A stretch of DNA of 42,789 nucleotides. Origin: a virus (lineage: Duplodnaviria > Caudoviricetes). The notes beneath the pieces are model-generated. The model made no database searches. It was not told the origin of the DNA and worked only from the letters and a program-made list of their open reading frames with translations. Each line of letters begins with the position of its first letter. Position 1 is the stretch's first letter. A program made the position numbers and the translations under genes. Location of the stretch: the IMG/VR virus record IMGVR_UViG_3300017650_000015, positions 1 to 42,789 of that record. The stretch is one strand, 5' to 3'. Positions 1 to 6,726 of the stretch are shown one piece after another.

Positions 1-64
1 CTTTCCGTGTCGTCGATTGTTGAATTGGCGTATCGCCGCCGTTTTTGTCTTCTTCGCGGCGCTT

Positions 65-123
65 TGGTGCGGGCGGAGGGACTTGAACCCCCACGGCGCA
101 AGCCACTGGAACCTAAATCCAGC
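65..123 (-). pseudogene. 3' part of the disrupted host tRNA-Leu(TAG): anticodon arm, variable arm, T arm, acceptor 3' strand and CCA
   Basis: Minus strand reads GCTGGATTTAGGTTCCAGTGGCTTGCGCCGTGGGGGTTCAAGTCCCTCCGCCCGCACCA; upstream phage sequence supplies no D arm or acceptor 5' strand. Confidence 0.93.
108..123. repeat. Left att core (16 bp)
   Basis: GGAACCTAAATCCAGC is identical to 42667-42682; flanking bases differ on both sides. Confidence 0.95.
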
Positions 124-181
124 ACCTATGGAATACTTCGACGAGGTTCCTCAGTGAAATCATAGGCTTACCGAGTGGCCC

Positions 182-1309
182 CTAGTGGCTGGCGCCCTGT
201 CCTTCCGGCTGATGGCCGGCTTGTGGCACGTAAGCGGCCACAGGGGGCTGCGAATAGATGCGACCGTTTACATCTACCGTGCTGTGGATAGCAAGTTGAT
301 TTATGGCCGAGATCAGCGCGGTCGGGCTCAGGTGGATATACCGCATCGTCGTCGCGATCTGCGAGTGGCCGGCCAGCGCTTGGATGATCTGCACCGACAC
401 GCCCAGGTCGGCGAGGCGCGAGCAGAACTCATGGCGCAGGGCGTGCGGGATGAACTCAGGGTCCGCCGCGTGGCCCAGCCCGGTGCGCATCGAGCGCCAC
501 TTGGCGACGATCTGGACCGTGGTCAGGTCGGGGAACAGCAGGCCCTTAGGGTTCGCCTCGCGGCGCCGCTTGATGACGGCTGCGACCGCCGGGGTGACGG
601 GCACCGAGCGGTTGACCTTGCTCTTCGCCTTGACGCCGAAGACCTTGACATAGGTCGGGTCGCTGGTGGTCCCGTCGTCGAGGGCCAGCACCTCGCTCTG
701 GCGCAGCCCGGTACCGATGGAGATGCGGACGTAGTCGGCCATGTCCGCGTTCCCGGTCAGCTCGAAGTAGCCGATGATCTGGCGTTCCTCGTCGGGCGTG
801 ATGCGCCGGATGCGGCCCTCGCTCTCCTTGAACAGCCGGTGGCGCGGCGCCTTGTCGATGATCTCCAGCTCGACGGCTTCCTTCATCATCGTGTTGAAGG
901 CCGAGAGCTTGCGATTGATGGTCGCCGTTGCGGCCCCCTCTTCCCGCAGCGCCATCACCAGCCGGCCGACCTCCATCTTGCCCACGGCGCGGATGGGCGT
1001 CTCGCGGCCGAGGATGCGGACCACCGAGGTGGCGTTGATGGTCGCCGTCTTGGCCGACTTCTGCTGGTTCCAGCGGGTGCGCAGGGTCCAGTCGAGCAGC
1101 TCGCCCATGGTATAGGGCTTGCCCGAGGCGACCGAGGCTGCACGGGCGGATTGCTCCCCCATGTCGGGTAGATTGCCGCGTAGCAAAGCCGCCAGACTGT
1201 CGGCTTCCCACTGCTTCGCGGCCAGCTCGGTCGTGAACGAGCGGCGATACCGCGCGCCCTTGTGGCGGATGGAGGCTTGCCAAGAGGCGCCTCGTGGTGT
1301 CACAGACAT
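182..1309 (-). CDS. int: Tyrosine recombinase / phage integrase
   Basis: TGLRQSE, HALRH, LAGH and catalytic Tyr (TMRY) motifs; SD AAGGAG; adjacent to att. Confidence 0.96.
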   Translation of the reverse strand: MSVTPRGASWQASIRHKGARYRRSFTTELAAKQWEADSLAALLRGNLPDMGEQSARAASVASGKPYTMGELLDWTLRTRWNQQKSAKTATINATSVVRILGRETPIRAVGKMEVGRLVMALREEGAATATINRKLSAFNTMMKEAVELEIIDKAPRHRLFKESEGRIRRITPDEERQIIGYFELTGNADMADYVRISIGTGLRQSEVLALDDGTTSDPTYVKVFGVKAKSKVNRSVPVTPAVAAVIKRRREANPKGLLFPDLTTVQIVAKWRSMRTGLGHAADPEFIPHALRHEFCSRLADLGVSVQIIQALAGHSQIATTMRYIHLSPTALISAINQLAIHSTVDVNGRIYSQPPVAAYVPQAGHQPEGQGASH

Positions 1310-1336
1310 GCCGTTCTCCTTGAGTGAAGTCCCGCC

Positions 1337-1421
1337 GCCCGGCTGGCGAAACTGGTAGACGCACTTGGTTTAGGTCCAAGCGCCGCGAGGCGTGGGGGTT
1401 CAAGTCCCTCGCCGGGCACCA
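1337..1421 (+). tRNA. Phage-encoded tRNA-Leu(TAG), 85 nt with encoded CCA
   Basis: Acceptor GCCCGGC/GCCGGGC-A-CCA, D loop with TGGTA, anticodon arm CTTGG-TTTAGGT-CCAAG, long variable arm, T loop GTTCAAG. Confidence 0.95.
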
Positions 1422-1432
1422 CTATCCTCCGA

Positions 1433-1855
1433 TCAGCCTGCCGCCTTGTGGGCGCGGAAGGTCATCGAAGCGTGTTCCTTGGGGGTCGGGCTCTCGAAGC
1501 TCGTGATGATCTCGGTGGGCCGAACCGTCCGCAGGATGTCCCGCATCAGCGTCCGGCCCCGAGGGGTCAGAAACATGATCTTTCGGCGCCCTTCCTTCGG
1601 GTCCGGCACGGCCTCAACCAGTCCATAGCCCGGCTTCCCGAACCGATGCCACTCGCCGAGCGCCGCGACATTGCGCGAGCATGCTGACTGCGACAGGCCC
1701 GTCTGATCCGACAGCTCCTGCATCGTCAGCCCCGGATGGAGGGCCACACAGAGAAACGACTGCGCGACCTGAGTGGGCATCACGTCATCGATAGCGCGAA
1801 GGACACCGATCACCTTGATCAGCATGTCAATGTCCCTGCCGAAGTTCTCAGCCAT
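1433..1855 (-). CDS. MarR-type winged-helix transcriptional regulator, probable prophage repressor
   Basis: PGLTMQELSDQTGLSQSACSRNV HTH and D-x-x-x-G-RRK..LT..G wing; SD GGAG before ATG 1855; upstream of int. Confidence 0.85.
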   Translation of the reverse strand: MAENFGRDIDMLIKVIGVLRAIDDVMPTQVAQSFLCVALHPGLTMQELSDQTGLSQSACSRNVAALGEWHRFGKPGYGLVEAVPDPKEGRRKIMFLTPRGRTLMRDILRTVRPTEIITSFESPTPKEHASMTFRAHKAAG

Positions 1856-1941
1856 GATCGTCTCCAACGAAACTGGTCCCCAACGTCAGAGGCGTACCAT
1901 CGGGTTCACCTGAAATGCAACCCTTAGGTGGGCAGGACCGC

Positions 1942-2193
1942 TCAAAACAACGAGCTGATCCACCCGACAACGTCATCCGCGTTGGTCATGAAAGCCGTGG
2001 TCAGGCTCGCTAGAGCCCCGCACCACCGCGCGGTTCGCCTAAAGTCCAGCCGGGCGACGACGTGAAGCCGTCCGGCGAAGATCATCAATTCCCCTCGGCT
2101 CAACTCTGCGTCGAGCCATCGGTTCCCGCAAAGGGCGCTGGGAAACTCGGCGTAAACCTCGCCGACCGGAAGTCGAAGATACGTGGTGTGCAT
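1942..2193 (-). CDS. Hypothetical protein (83 aa) upstream of the repressor
   Basis: ORF fills the gap in the phage orientation; weak SD. Confidence 0.45.
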   Translation of the reverse strand: MHTTYLRLPVGEVYAEFPSALCGNRWLDAELSRGELMIFAGRLHVVARLDFRRTARWCGALASLTTAFMTNADDVVGWISSLF

Positions 2194-2236
2194 CTAGTGT
2201 CAGGGCCTCGTGCGCGGCCGGGGCCGGCGCTTTTTC

Positions 2237-2264
2237 GTGTTAGCAGGACAACCGCCTGCAGCAA
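2237..2264 (-). promoter_or_regulatory. Possible sigma70-type promoter for the repressor/integrase operon
   Basis: TTGCTG-N16-TAACAC (GCTAACA -10 style) in an AT-richer intergenic gap. Confidence 0.3.
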
Positions 2265-2323
2265 TCCCAAGTTCAAGATAACACACAACAAAATCTCGGT
2301 TCGAGGGATGCTCGGAGCGTCTA

Positions 2324-2734
2324 TCAGGAACCAAAACGCTCCGCGAGCAGGGAAGTGGGGTAAGCGTTGACCCAGCGGATGCCATTTTGACGCAGCCACG
2401 GGCACGCCTCAACTTTCACAACCTCAAGCTCACGCTCGCGCGCCCGGTGCTTGAGCCAGAAGCCGTCGCGTTTGGTCGCCTCAGGATCACGGTCGAGGAG
2501 GTCGAGGACGACCGGATCATGCTTCGCGAGGTAGCCGAGCACGGTGTCGAAGCCGGGCGGACAGGGCGACAGGAAGCGAATGTCCACGCGCGGCGGGCGG
2601 GTCGTCTCAGGCTGCTCTTCGATGGCCACCTCGCCGCCCATGGCTTCCATGAAAGCGAAGAGGCTCGCGGCCCCGAGGATCGTGTTGATGCGCTCCCCGT
2701 CAGGGAACTTCGCGGTGACGATGATCTTGCTCAT
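2324..2734 (-). CDS. Hypothetical protein (136 aa, MSKIIVTAKF...)
   Basis: ATGA overlap with the upstream ORF; SD GGAG. Confidence 0.7.
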   Translation of the reverse strand: MSKIIVTAKFPDGERINTILGAASLFAFMEAMGGEVAIEEQPETTRPPRVDIRFLSPCPPGFDTVLGYLAKHDPVVLDLLDRDPEATKRDGFWLKHRARERELEVVKVEACPWLRQNGIRWVNAYPTSLLAERFGS

Positions 2735-2847
2735 TTGGCGGGGGTCTCCGTGACGGTGAGGATCAGGCCGGTGAGCCGGTCCTGCCAGTAGGTGACGACG
2801 AAGCGCCGCCGGTATCGGGTGCGAACCTTGCGAAACTTGTTCGGCAT
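2731..2847 (-). CDS. Small basic protein (38 aa, MPNKFRKVRTRYRRRFVVTYWQDRLTGLILTVTETPAK)
   Basis: SD AGGGAG; coupled to the next gene; below the ORF-track cutoff. Confidence 0.6.
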   Translation of the reverse strand: MPNKFRKVRTRYRRRFVVTYWQDRLTGLILTVTETPAK

Positions 2848-2885
2848 GGCGTAATCTCCCTAGGACATAAATCCTATCTCGACGT

Positions 2886-2900
2886 GAACGGAAAGAGAAC
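2886..2900 (+). promoter_or_regulatory. Alphaproteobacterial LexA (SOS) box, GAAC-N7-GAAC
   Basis: GAAC-GGAAAGA-GAAC immediately before ATG 2901. Confidence 0.8.
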
Positions 2901-3131
2901 ATGCCCCCATTATCCACAGGCCATTCGGCCGCACCCGACCCCTTCCGAGCGCTCCGTCTGGAGCAATGTCAGGGGCGGGCGAGGTGCGTGAACTGCGGCC
3001 ATGTGGGGGCGCTGGACCTCTCGGCGCGTGATCCGAAGATGCCCGCCGTGGACCTCGAAAGGGCCTTGCGGTGCAGCTCGTGCGGCGAGAGGGGAACAAG
3101 CCTCCTGCTACGCAAGGAGGGCGGGCTTTGA
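2901..3131 (+). CDS. Zinc-ribbon protein (CxxC..CxxC, 76 aa), candidate SOS-induced antirepressor
   Basis: CVNC and CSSC pairs; the only convincing plus-strand CDS; preceded by a LexA box. Confidence 0.75.
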   Translation: MPPLSTGHSAAPDPFRALRLEQCQGRARCVNCGHVGALDLSARDPKMPAVDLERALRCSSCGERGTSLLLRKEGGL

Positions 3132-3192
3132 CCGCGACCATCGGGCAGTGGGGACTGCCCTAGGTTTCGCCCTAGGAGGGCTCGTCAGGCGG
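3132..3192 (-). ncRNA. Hammerhead ribozyme, type I; predicted cleavage after GUC between 3136 and 3135
   Basis: RNA: CCGC CUGACGA GCCCU-CCU-AGGGC GAAA CC-UA-GGGCAGU-CCCC-ACUGCCC-GAU-GG UC GCGG; full core and three stems. Confidence 0.9.
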
Positions 3193-3193
3193 A

Positions 3194-3370
3194 CTATCGA
3201 AGGCGGGCGAAGCAAGCCGCAGCCTCGCGCTCCATCTCGCGGACCTCGGCGAGGATCTTCTCGACCTCGTCATGGTCGATGTTCGGGTCATCCACGAAGG
3301 GGTCATAGCCGACCAGTTCGAGGAACTGGCGGGCCAGCTCGACGCGGCGTTCGGTGGGTTCAAAGGTCAT
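3194..3370 (-). CDS. Early hypothetical protein (58 aa, MTFEPTERR...)
   Basis: SD GAGGA; fits the early operon. Confidence 0.7.
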   Translation of the reverse strand: MTFEPTERRVELARQFLELVGYDPFVDDPNIDHDEVEKILAEVREMEREAAACFARLR

Positions 3371-3386
3371 TGGATGGTCCTCAGTT

Positions 3387-3698
3387 CTAGCGGATAGGCA
3401 GTGCCCACAGAGCGCCGAGGTGCGCGGCGATCTCATAGGCCCGCTCGCGGTCGCCGGCCGGGCCATCGGTGACGCATTCGAGCCCGAGCTGGGCGCTGTT
3501 GGCGTGGTAGTGGCCATAGACCGACCAGAACTGCGCCTCGGCGTCTGGCACCTGCTCGACGAACTCCCCGCCCTCCCCGTCAGGGAACAGCGCGCAGCCG
3601 TGGACCTCCAGCCAGTCCCAATCGGCCGCGAGGAGGATCGAGGGCTCAAGGCCCTCCTCGCAGCAGTTGAACAGCTCGGCTTCCGTGAACGTGGTCAT
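3387..3698 (-). CDS. Early acidic protein (103 aa, MTTFTEAELF...)
   Basis: SD AAGGA; about 19 D/E versus 3 R/K. Confidence 0.75.
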   Translation of the reverse strand: MTTFTEAELFNCCEEGLEPSILLAADWDWLEVHGCALFPDGEGGEFVEQVPDAEAQFWSVYGHYHANSAQLGLECVTDGPAGDRERAYEIAAHLGALWALPIR

Positions 3699-3862
3699 GG
3701 CGTGTCCTTCACTTCGATGGGCGTCAGGGTCCGCAGCGCGCGGAACGGATGGTCGCGGTAGAAGCGGCAAGCCGCCTCGAATGGGTGTGCGGCTTCGACG
3801 AGGCAGAAGCCCGAGCCCTGCCAGCGGGTGAGCCGGTAGTTGGCGAGGTAGACGACCGTCAT
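3695..3862 (-). CDS. Early hypothetical protein (55 aa, MTVVYLANY...)
   Basis: ATGA-type overlaps at both ends. Confidence 0.6.
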   Translation of the reverse strand: MTVVYLANYRLTRWQGSGFCLVEAAHPFEAACRFYRDHPFRALRTLTPIEVKDTP

Positions 3863-4296
3863 CGGGTCGCCCTCGCGCTCTCCTCGGCGGTCATGTCGCA
3901 AGGGTCGAACACGAGGATGCCGGGCAGGTACTTGGGGCCGCTGGTGTGCCCAAGGAACGCCATCTCGGCCTTCTCGACGGGCATCCGATGGGTGCCCATG
4001 ACGTGGACGAAAGTGCTGTCGAAGTCGGGATTGAACGAGACGGCCTTGCCGAGGCGCTGGCCGGCCCTGAGGTAGGCGGCATCGGCCTGCCCCCAGAGGT
4101 GATATTGCAGCCCCGTCCCGGTCTCGGTATCGACCGCTTCAAGGTCGCCGAGGAGGTACGGGCCGGCCTTCGTGATCACCAGCTTGACGTTGCGCAGCAG
4201 CACGCGCTCGGCGGTGCCGGTGAGCACGCGCTTGGTCCGGTCATCCTTGAGCGTCCAGCGCCGGACGCGGCTGTTCCAGTTGCAGCGAACGCGCAT
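3859..4296 (-). CDS. Early hypothetical protein (145 aa)
   Basis: SD GAGGGAG; coupled to neighbours. Confidence 0.75.
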   Translation of the reverse strand: MRVRCNWNSRVRRWTLKDDRTKRVLTGTAERVLLRNVKLVITKAGPYLLGDLEAVDTETGTGLQYHLWGQADAAYLRAGQRLGKAVSFNPDFDSTFVHVMGTHRMPVEKAEMAFLGHTSGPKYLPGILVFDPCDMTAEESARATR

Positions 4297-4511
4297 CAGA
4301 AGAACTCCCTCAGGTCAAAGCGGGGATTGCGATAGCCGGCGACAAAGTCCGGCTCGGCGCCCTCGAACTGCCATCCGATCTCCCTCGGCATGGCGTAGAG
4401 CTGGTGCGCCACGTCGCCGAGGTGGCGGGCAAACTGGCGCTGGTTGGCGACCTCGAACGGGCCGAAGGTGCGCTGCGAGAGAGGGTCGAAGAAGGTGACG
4501 CGAGGGGCCAT
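4296..4511 (-). CDS. Early hypothetical protein (71 aa, MAPRVTFFDP...)
   Basis: TGATG coupling; SD GGAGG. Confidence 0.7.
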   Translation of the reverse strand: MAPRVTFFDPLSQRTFGPFEVANQRQFARHLGDVAHQLYAMPREIGWQFEGAEPDFVAGYRNPRFDLREFF

Positions 4512-4921
4512 CAGCGGGCGCCCTCCTCGATCAGCAGGACCGAGCGGATGAGCTTGCGGCGTCCCCAAAACGCATGGATCGGCTTCGGCCCGAGCTGGTC
4601 CAGCACGACACCGTCACGGACCATCTGCACATGGCCGGTGGTCCAGACGTAGTAGAGGCGACCGGGCTCGGCGCGGCGCCGCACGAACGACACCAGCGTC
4701 TCGCGGAACAGGAAGTTGATGGGCCGGAAGCGGACGCCGAACCAGCGGAGAGCCGCCAGCCGCTCATTGTGCGTGGTGCGGCCCTTCCAGTTGCCGCGCT
4801 TGCCGGCCGACATGACGCGCCATGCGTCCTCGAACGGGCAACCAGCGGCGACCGCGACCGCAGTCACGCCGCAGTTAGGGCCGGGCCGAGCGCCGGCAGG
4901 CAGGGCGAAACCCTCGCTCAT
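4511..4921 (-). CDS. Early protein with a possible papain-like Cys/His motif (NCGVTAVA...GHV)
   Basis: Cys at the start of a hydrophobic helix with a downstream His; SD GGGAGG; function is a guess. Confidence 0.65.
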   Translation of the reverse strand: MSEGFALPAGARPGPNCGVTAVAVAAGCPFEDAWRVMSAGKRGNWKGRTTHNERLAALRWFGVRFRPINFLFRETLVSFVRRRAEPGRLYYVWTTGHVQMVRDGVVLDQLGPKPIHAFWGRRKLIRSVLLIEEGAR

Positions 4922-5115
4922 CGCGCGCCCTCCCCTGCCACGATCACCACCTTGCAGCGCCAGCCGGCCAGCATACGGGCGATCTTGACCGCCTCTTTGC
5001 GGCCTGCAGCGTCCCGAGTGATCACGATGGGCTTCCCGAGCCAGCCGGGCGCATCGTCGAACGTCGCGATTTGCCAGCGCTTCGGGGCCAGCTTGGAGAC
5101 CTGATAGACGCGCAT
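4918..5115 (-). CDS. Early hypothetical protein (65 aa)
   Basis: SD AAGGGAG; coupled overlaps. Confidence 0.7.
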   Translation of the reverse strand: MRVYQVSKLAPKRWQIATFDDAPGWLGKPIVITRDAAGRKEAVKIARMLAGWRCKVVIVAGEGAR

Positions 5116-5183
5116 CAGCGGGCTCCCTTGCGGGCCGCAGGCGGCAGGTCCAGAGGGTGCGTGTCGTCGAAACCGTCGATCAT
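5115..5183 (-). CDS. Possible 22-aa mini-ORF (MIDGFDDTHPLDLPPAARKGAR) just downstream of the type II hammerhead
   Basis: SD GGGAGAG; TGATG coupling to the next gene. Confidence 0.4.
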   Translation of the reverse strand: MIDGFDDTHPLDLPPAARKGAR

Positions 5184-5210
5184 CGGGGCTCTCCCGTTCG
5201 TGTCGCTGAC

Positions 5211-5275
5211 AGGCTCGTCAGGCGGCGCCTCACGCCGCGACCATCGGGCAGACGGTGCTGCCCTAGGTTTCGCCT
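5211..5275 (-). ncRNA. Hammerhead ribozyme, type II; predicted cleavage after GUC between 5239 and 5238
   Basis: RNA: AGGC GAAA CC-UA-GGGCAG-CACCGU-CUGCCC-GAU-GG UC GCGGCG-UGAGG-CGCCGC CUGACGA GCCU. Confidence 0.92.
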
Positions 5276-5296
5276 TGCATTCTTGGGGTGCATAGA

Positions 5297-6109
5297 TCAG
5301 TCGACGACAAACCCTGAGGTGTCGCGCTTGGCGTTGCCCTTGGCGTAGAGGCCGACCACCACGCCCTTGGGATCGAGGAACCGAAGGTCCGTTTCGTCGC
5401 CGTTGACCACCTCAGCGACGACATAGTCGCCAGCCGCTGCCAGAGCGAAGCCGTTCGCCTCATAGAAGGCGACCGTTGCCTTATCGCGGAACACAACCGC
5501 CACGTTGAGGCCGTTGCGGAAGGCCTTCACAGCCTGTTCACGGTTGCCATCGGCCAGACTGAAAACCACGGTATAGTTGGCCGGCAGACCCTTGCGGTTC
5601 GGCAGCTTGGTATAGTCATAGAACCGGACGTCGCCGAAGTGCTCGAAGAGGTTGGCCGATCCTTCCGGCTTGCTGGACCAAGTGCCAGCCATGGCCGGAA
5701 CCTTGACGGCTTCCCAGCGGATATCTGAGGTGCCGTTGAGGCGGAATACAGGCTCCAAACCGGCCTTGCGAGCCAGCCGAACGGCCGTTTCCATCTCACG
5801 GACCAGAGCGAAAAGGAACGTCTCGCGGCTCTCAAAGAACCATTTCGTCTTGCGGATGCGGGCCGCTTGGATCGTGTTGACCTTGCCAGCCTTGACGTCC
5901 TCAACGGTCAGACGGGCAACGCCCTTCATCATGCCGCCGCGCCCTGCCGTGTTCAGGCAAGCCGCCTCACAGCCGGCAGTCGCCATCGGGCAGACGTTGA
6001 AGCCCGAGAGCTTGGCAGGCGCCAGATGCAGGATGAAGGTCCAGTAGCCAGCGCCCCGCCCCTTCTCAGTCTTGGGATTGCCGGGCGTCAGGATCTTGAA
6101 ACGTGCCAT
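5297..6109 (-). CDS. GP88-like phage protein (Cys-rich, possibly Fe-S / radical-SAM-related)
   Basis: CPMATAGCEAAC cluster and RLNGTSDI and FYDYTK motifs recalled from the GP88 family; SD AGGAG. Confidence 0.75.
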   Translation of the reverse strand: MARFKILTPGNPKTEKGRGAGYWTFILHLAPAKLSGFNVCPMATAGCEAACLNTAGRGGMMKGVARLTVEDVKAGKVNTIQAARIRKTKWFFESRETFLFALVREMETAVRLARKAGLEPVFRLNGTSDIRWEAVKVPAMAGTWSSKPEGSANLFEHFGDVRFYDYTKLPNRKGLPANYTVVFSLADGNREQAVKAFRNGLNVAVVFRDKATVAFYEANGFALAAAGDYVVAEVVNGDETDLRFLDPKGVVVGLYAKGNAKRDTSGFVVD

Positions 6110-6199
6110 AGTGAGTTGCTCCTACAGGGTGCATAGATGAAGGCAAAGTGAGCCTGTGAAGAGCCGCCAGACGGTGCCCGCCAGCGGCCAATCAGAGGA

Positions 6200-6397
6200 T
6201 CAATACCCGAGTTCGCGGTTGAGCTTGGCGGCGCTATAGGCTCGCCGCTGAGGGTTCCAGCAGGCGGCTTTCGCTTCCGCCATGCCATCGTCATGAGGGC
6301 CGAAGCCGTGGAACTCACAGACCCGATGGAACTGGTCCTCAGTGAGCCAAGGCGGCGTTCCGACCATGCCGCAGACGCTGTCCAGATCGTCGCTCAT
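6200..6397 (-). CDS. Early hypothetical protein (65 aa, MSDDLDSV...)
   Basis: ATG 2 nt after the upstream stop. Confidence 0.6.
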   Translation of the reverse strand: MSDDLDSVCGMVGTPPWLTEDQFHRVCEFHGFGPHDDGMAEAKAACWNPQRRAYSAAKLNRELGY

Positions 6398-6399
6398 GG

Positions 6400-6570
6400 T
6401 CAGAAGTTCCACGGCTTGGCGCCGCGCACCTTGCAGACCGCCGAGGCTTCCCGCTTACCGGAAACCGTGATCTTCTCGCCAGCCTCGAAGGTCGGGCCGT
6501 TGCAGGGCGCCGCGACCAGCGTCAACGTCCAGACCTTGCCGGACGCCTTGTGCAGATATGCAACCATCAT
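6400..6570 (-). CDS. First early gene (56 aa, MMVAYLHKASGKVW...KPWNF)
   Basis: SD AAGGGAG overlapping hammerhead stem III; absent from the ORF track. Confidence 0.7.
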   Translation of the reverse strand: MMVAYLHKASGKVWTLTLVAAPCNGPTFEAGEKITVSGKREASAVCKVRGAKPWNF

Positions 6571-6575
6571 TCACT

Positions 6576-6631
6576 CCCTTGTTTCGCCCTTACTGGGGCT
6601 CATCAGGCCGGCAACTAGCCGACGACAAGGG
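6576..6631 (-). ncRNA. Hammerhead ribozyme, type III; predicted cleavage after GUC between 6624 and 6623
   Basis: RNA: CCCUUG UC GUCGGC-UAGUU-GCCGGC CUGAUGA GCCC-CAGUAA-GGGC GAAA CAAGGG; canonical core with all stems paired. Confidence 0.95.
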
Positions 6632-6638
6632 TTCACGA

Positions 6639-6650
6639 TTTCAAAGAGCG
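6639..6650 (-). promoter_or_regulatory. boxA-like antitermination element
   Basis: CGCTCTTTGAAA in the early leader after GC-rich hairpins; resembles rrn/nut boxA. Confidence 0.65.
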
Positions 6651-6726
6651 CGCCGGGCCGCTTCCCGCCGAAGGCCACCGTTGAGGGGCGGTGCCGGTTG
6701 GCCGTCCGTCCGTCTGGTGTGATTGA

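Noticed and set aside
1422-1480. tRNA-associated HDV-like (theta) ribozyme after the phage tRNA
   Set aside because: Region is the antisense of the repressor 3' end and shows no nested double pseudoknot
2200-2260. Twister-like ribozyme (UAACAC..GCCGG)
   Set aside because: I could not build the required stems and pseudoknots; it fits a promoter -10 region better
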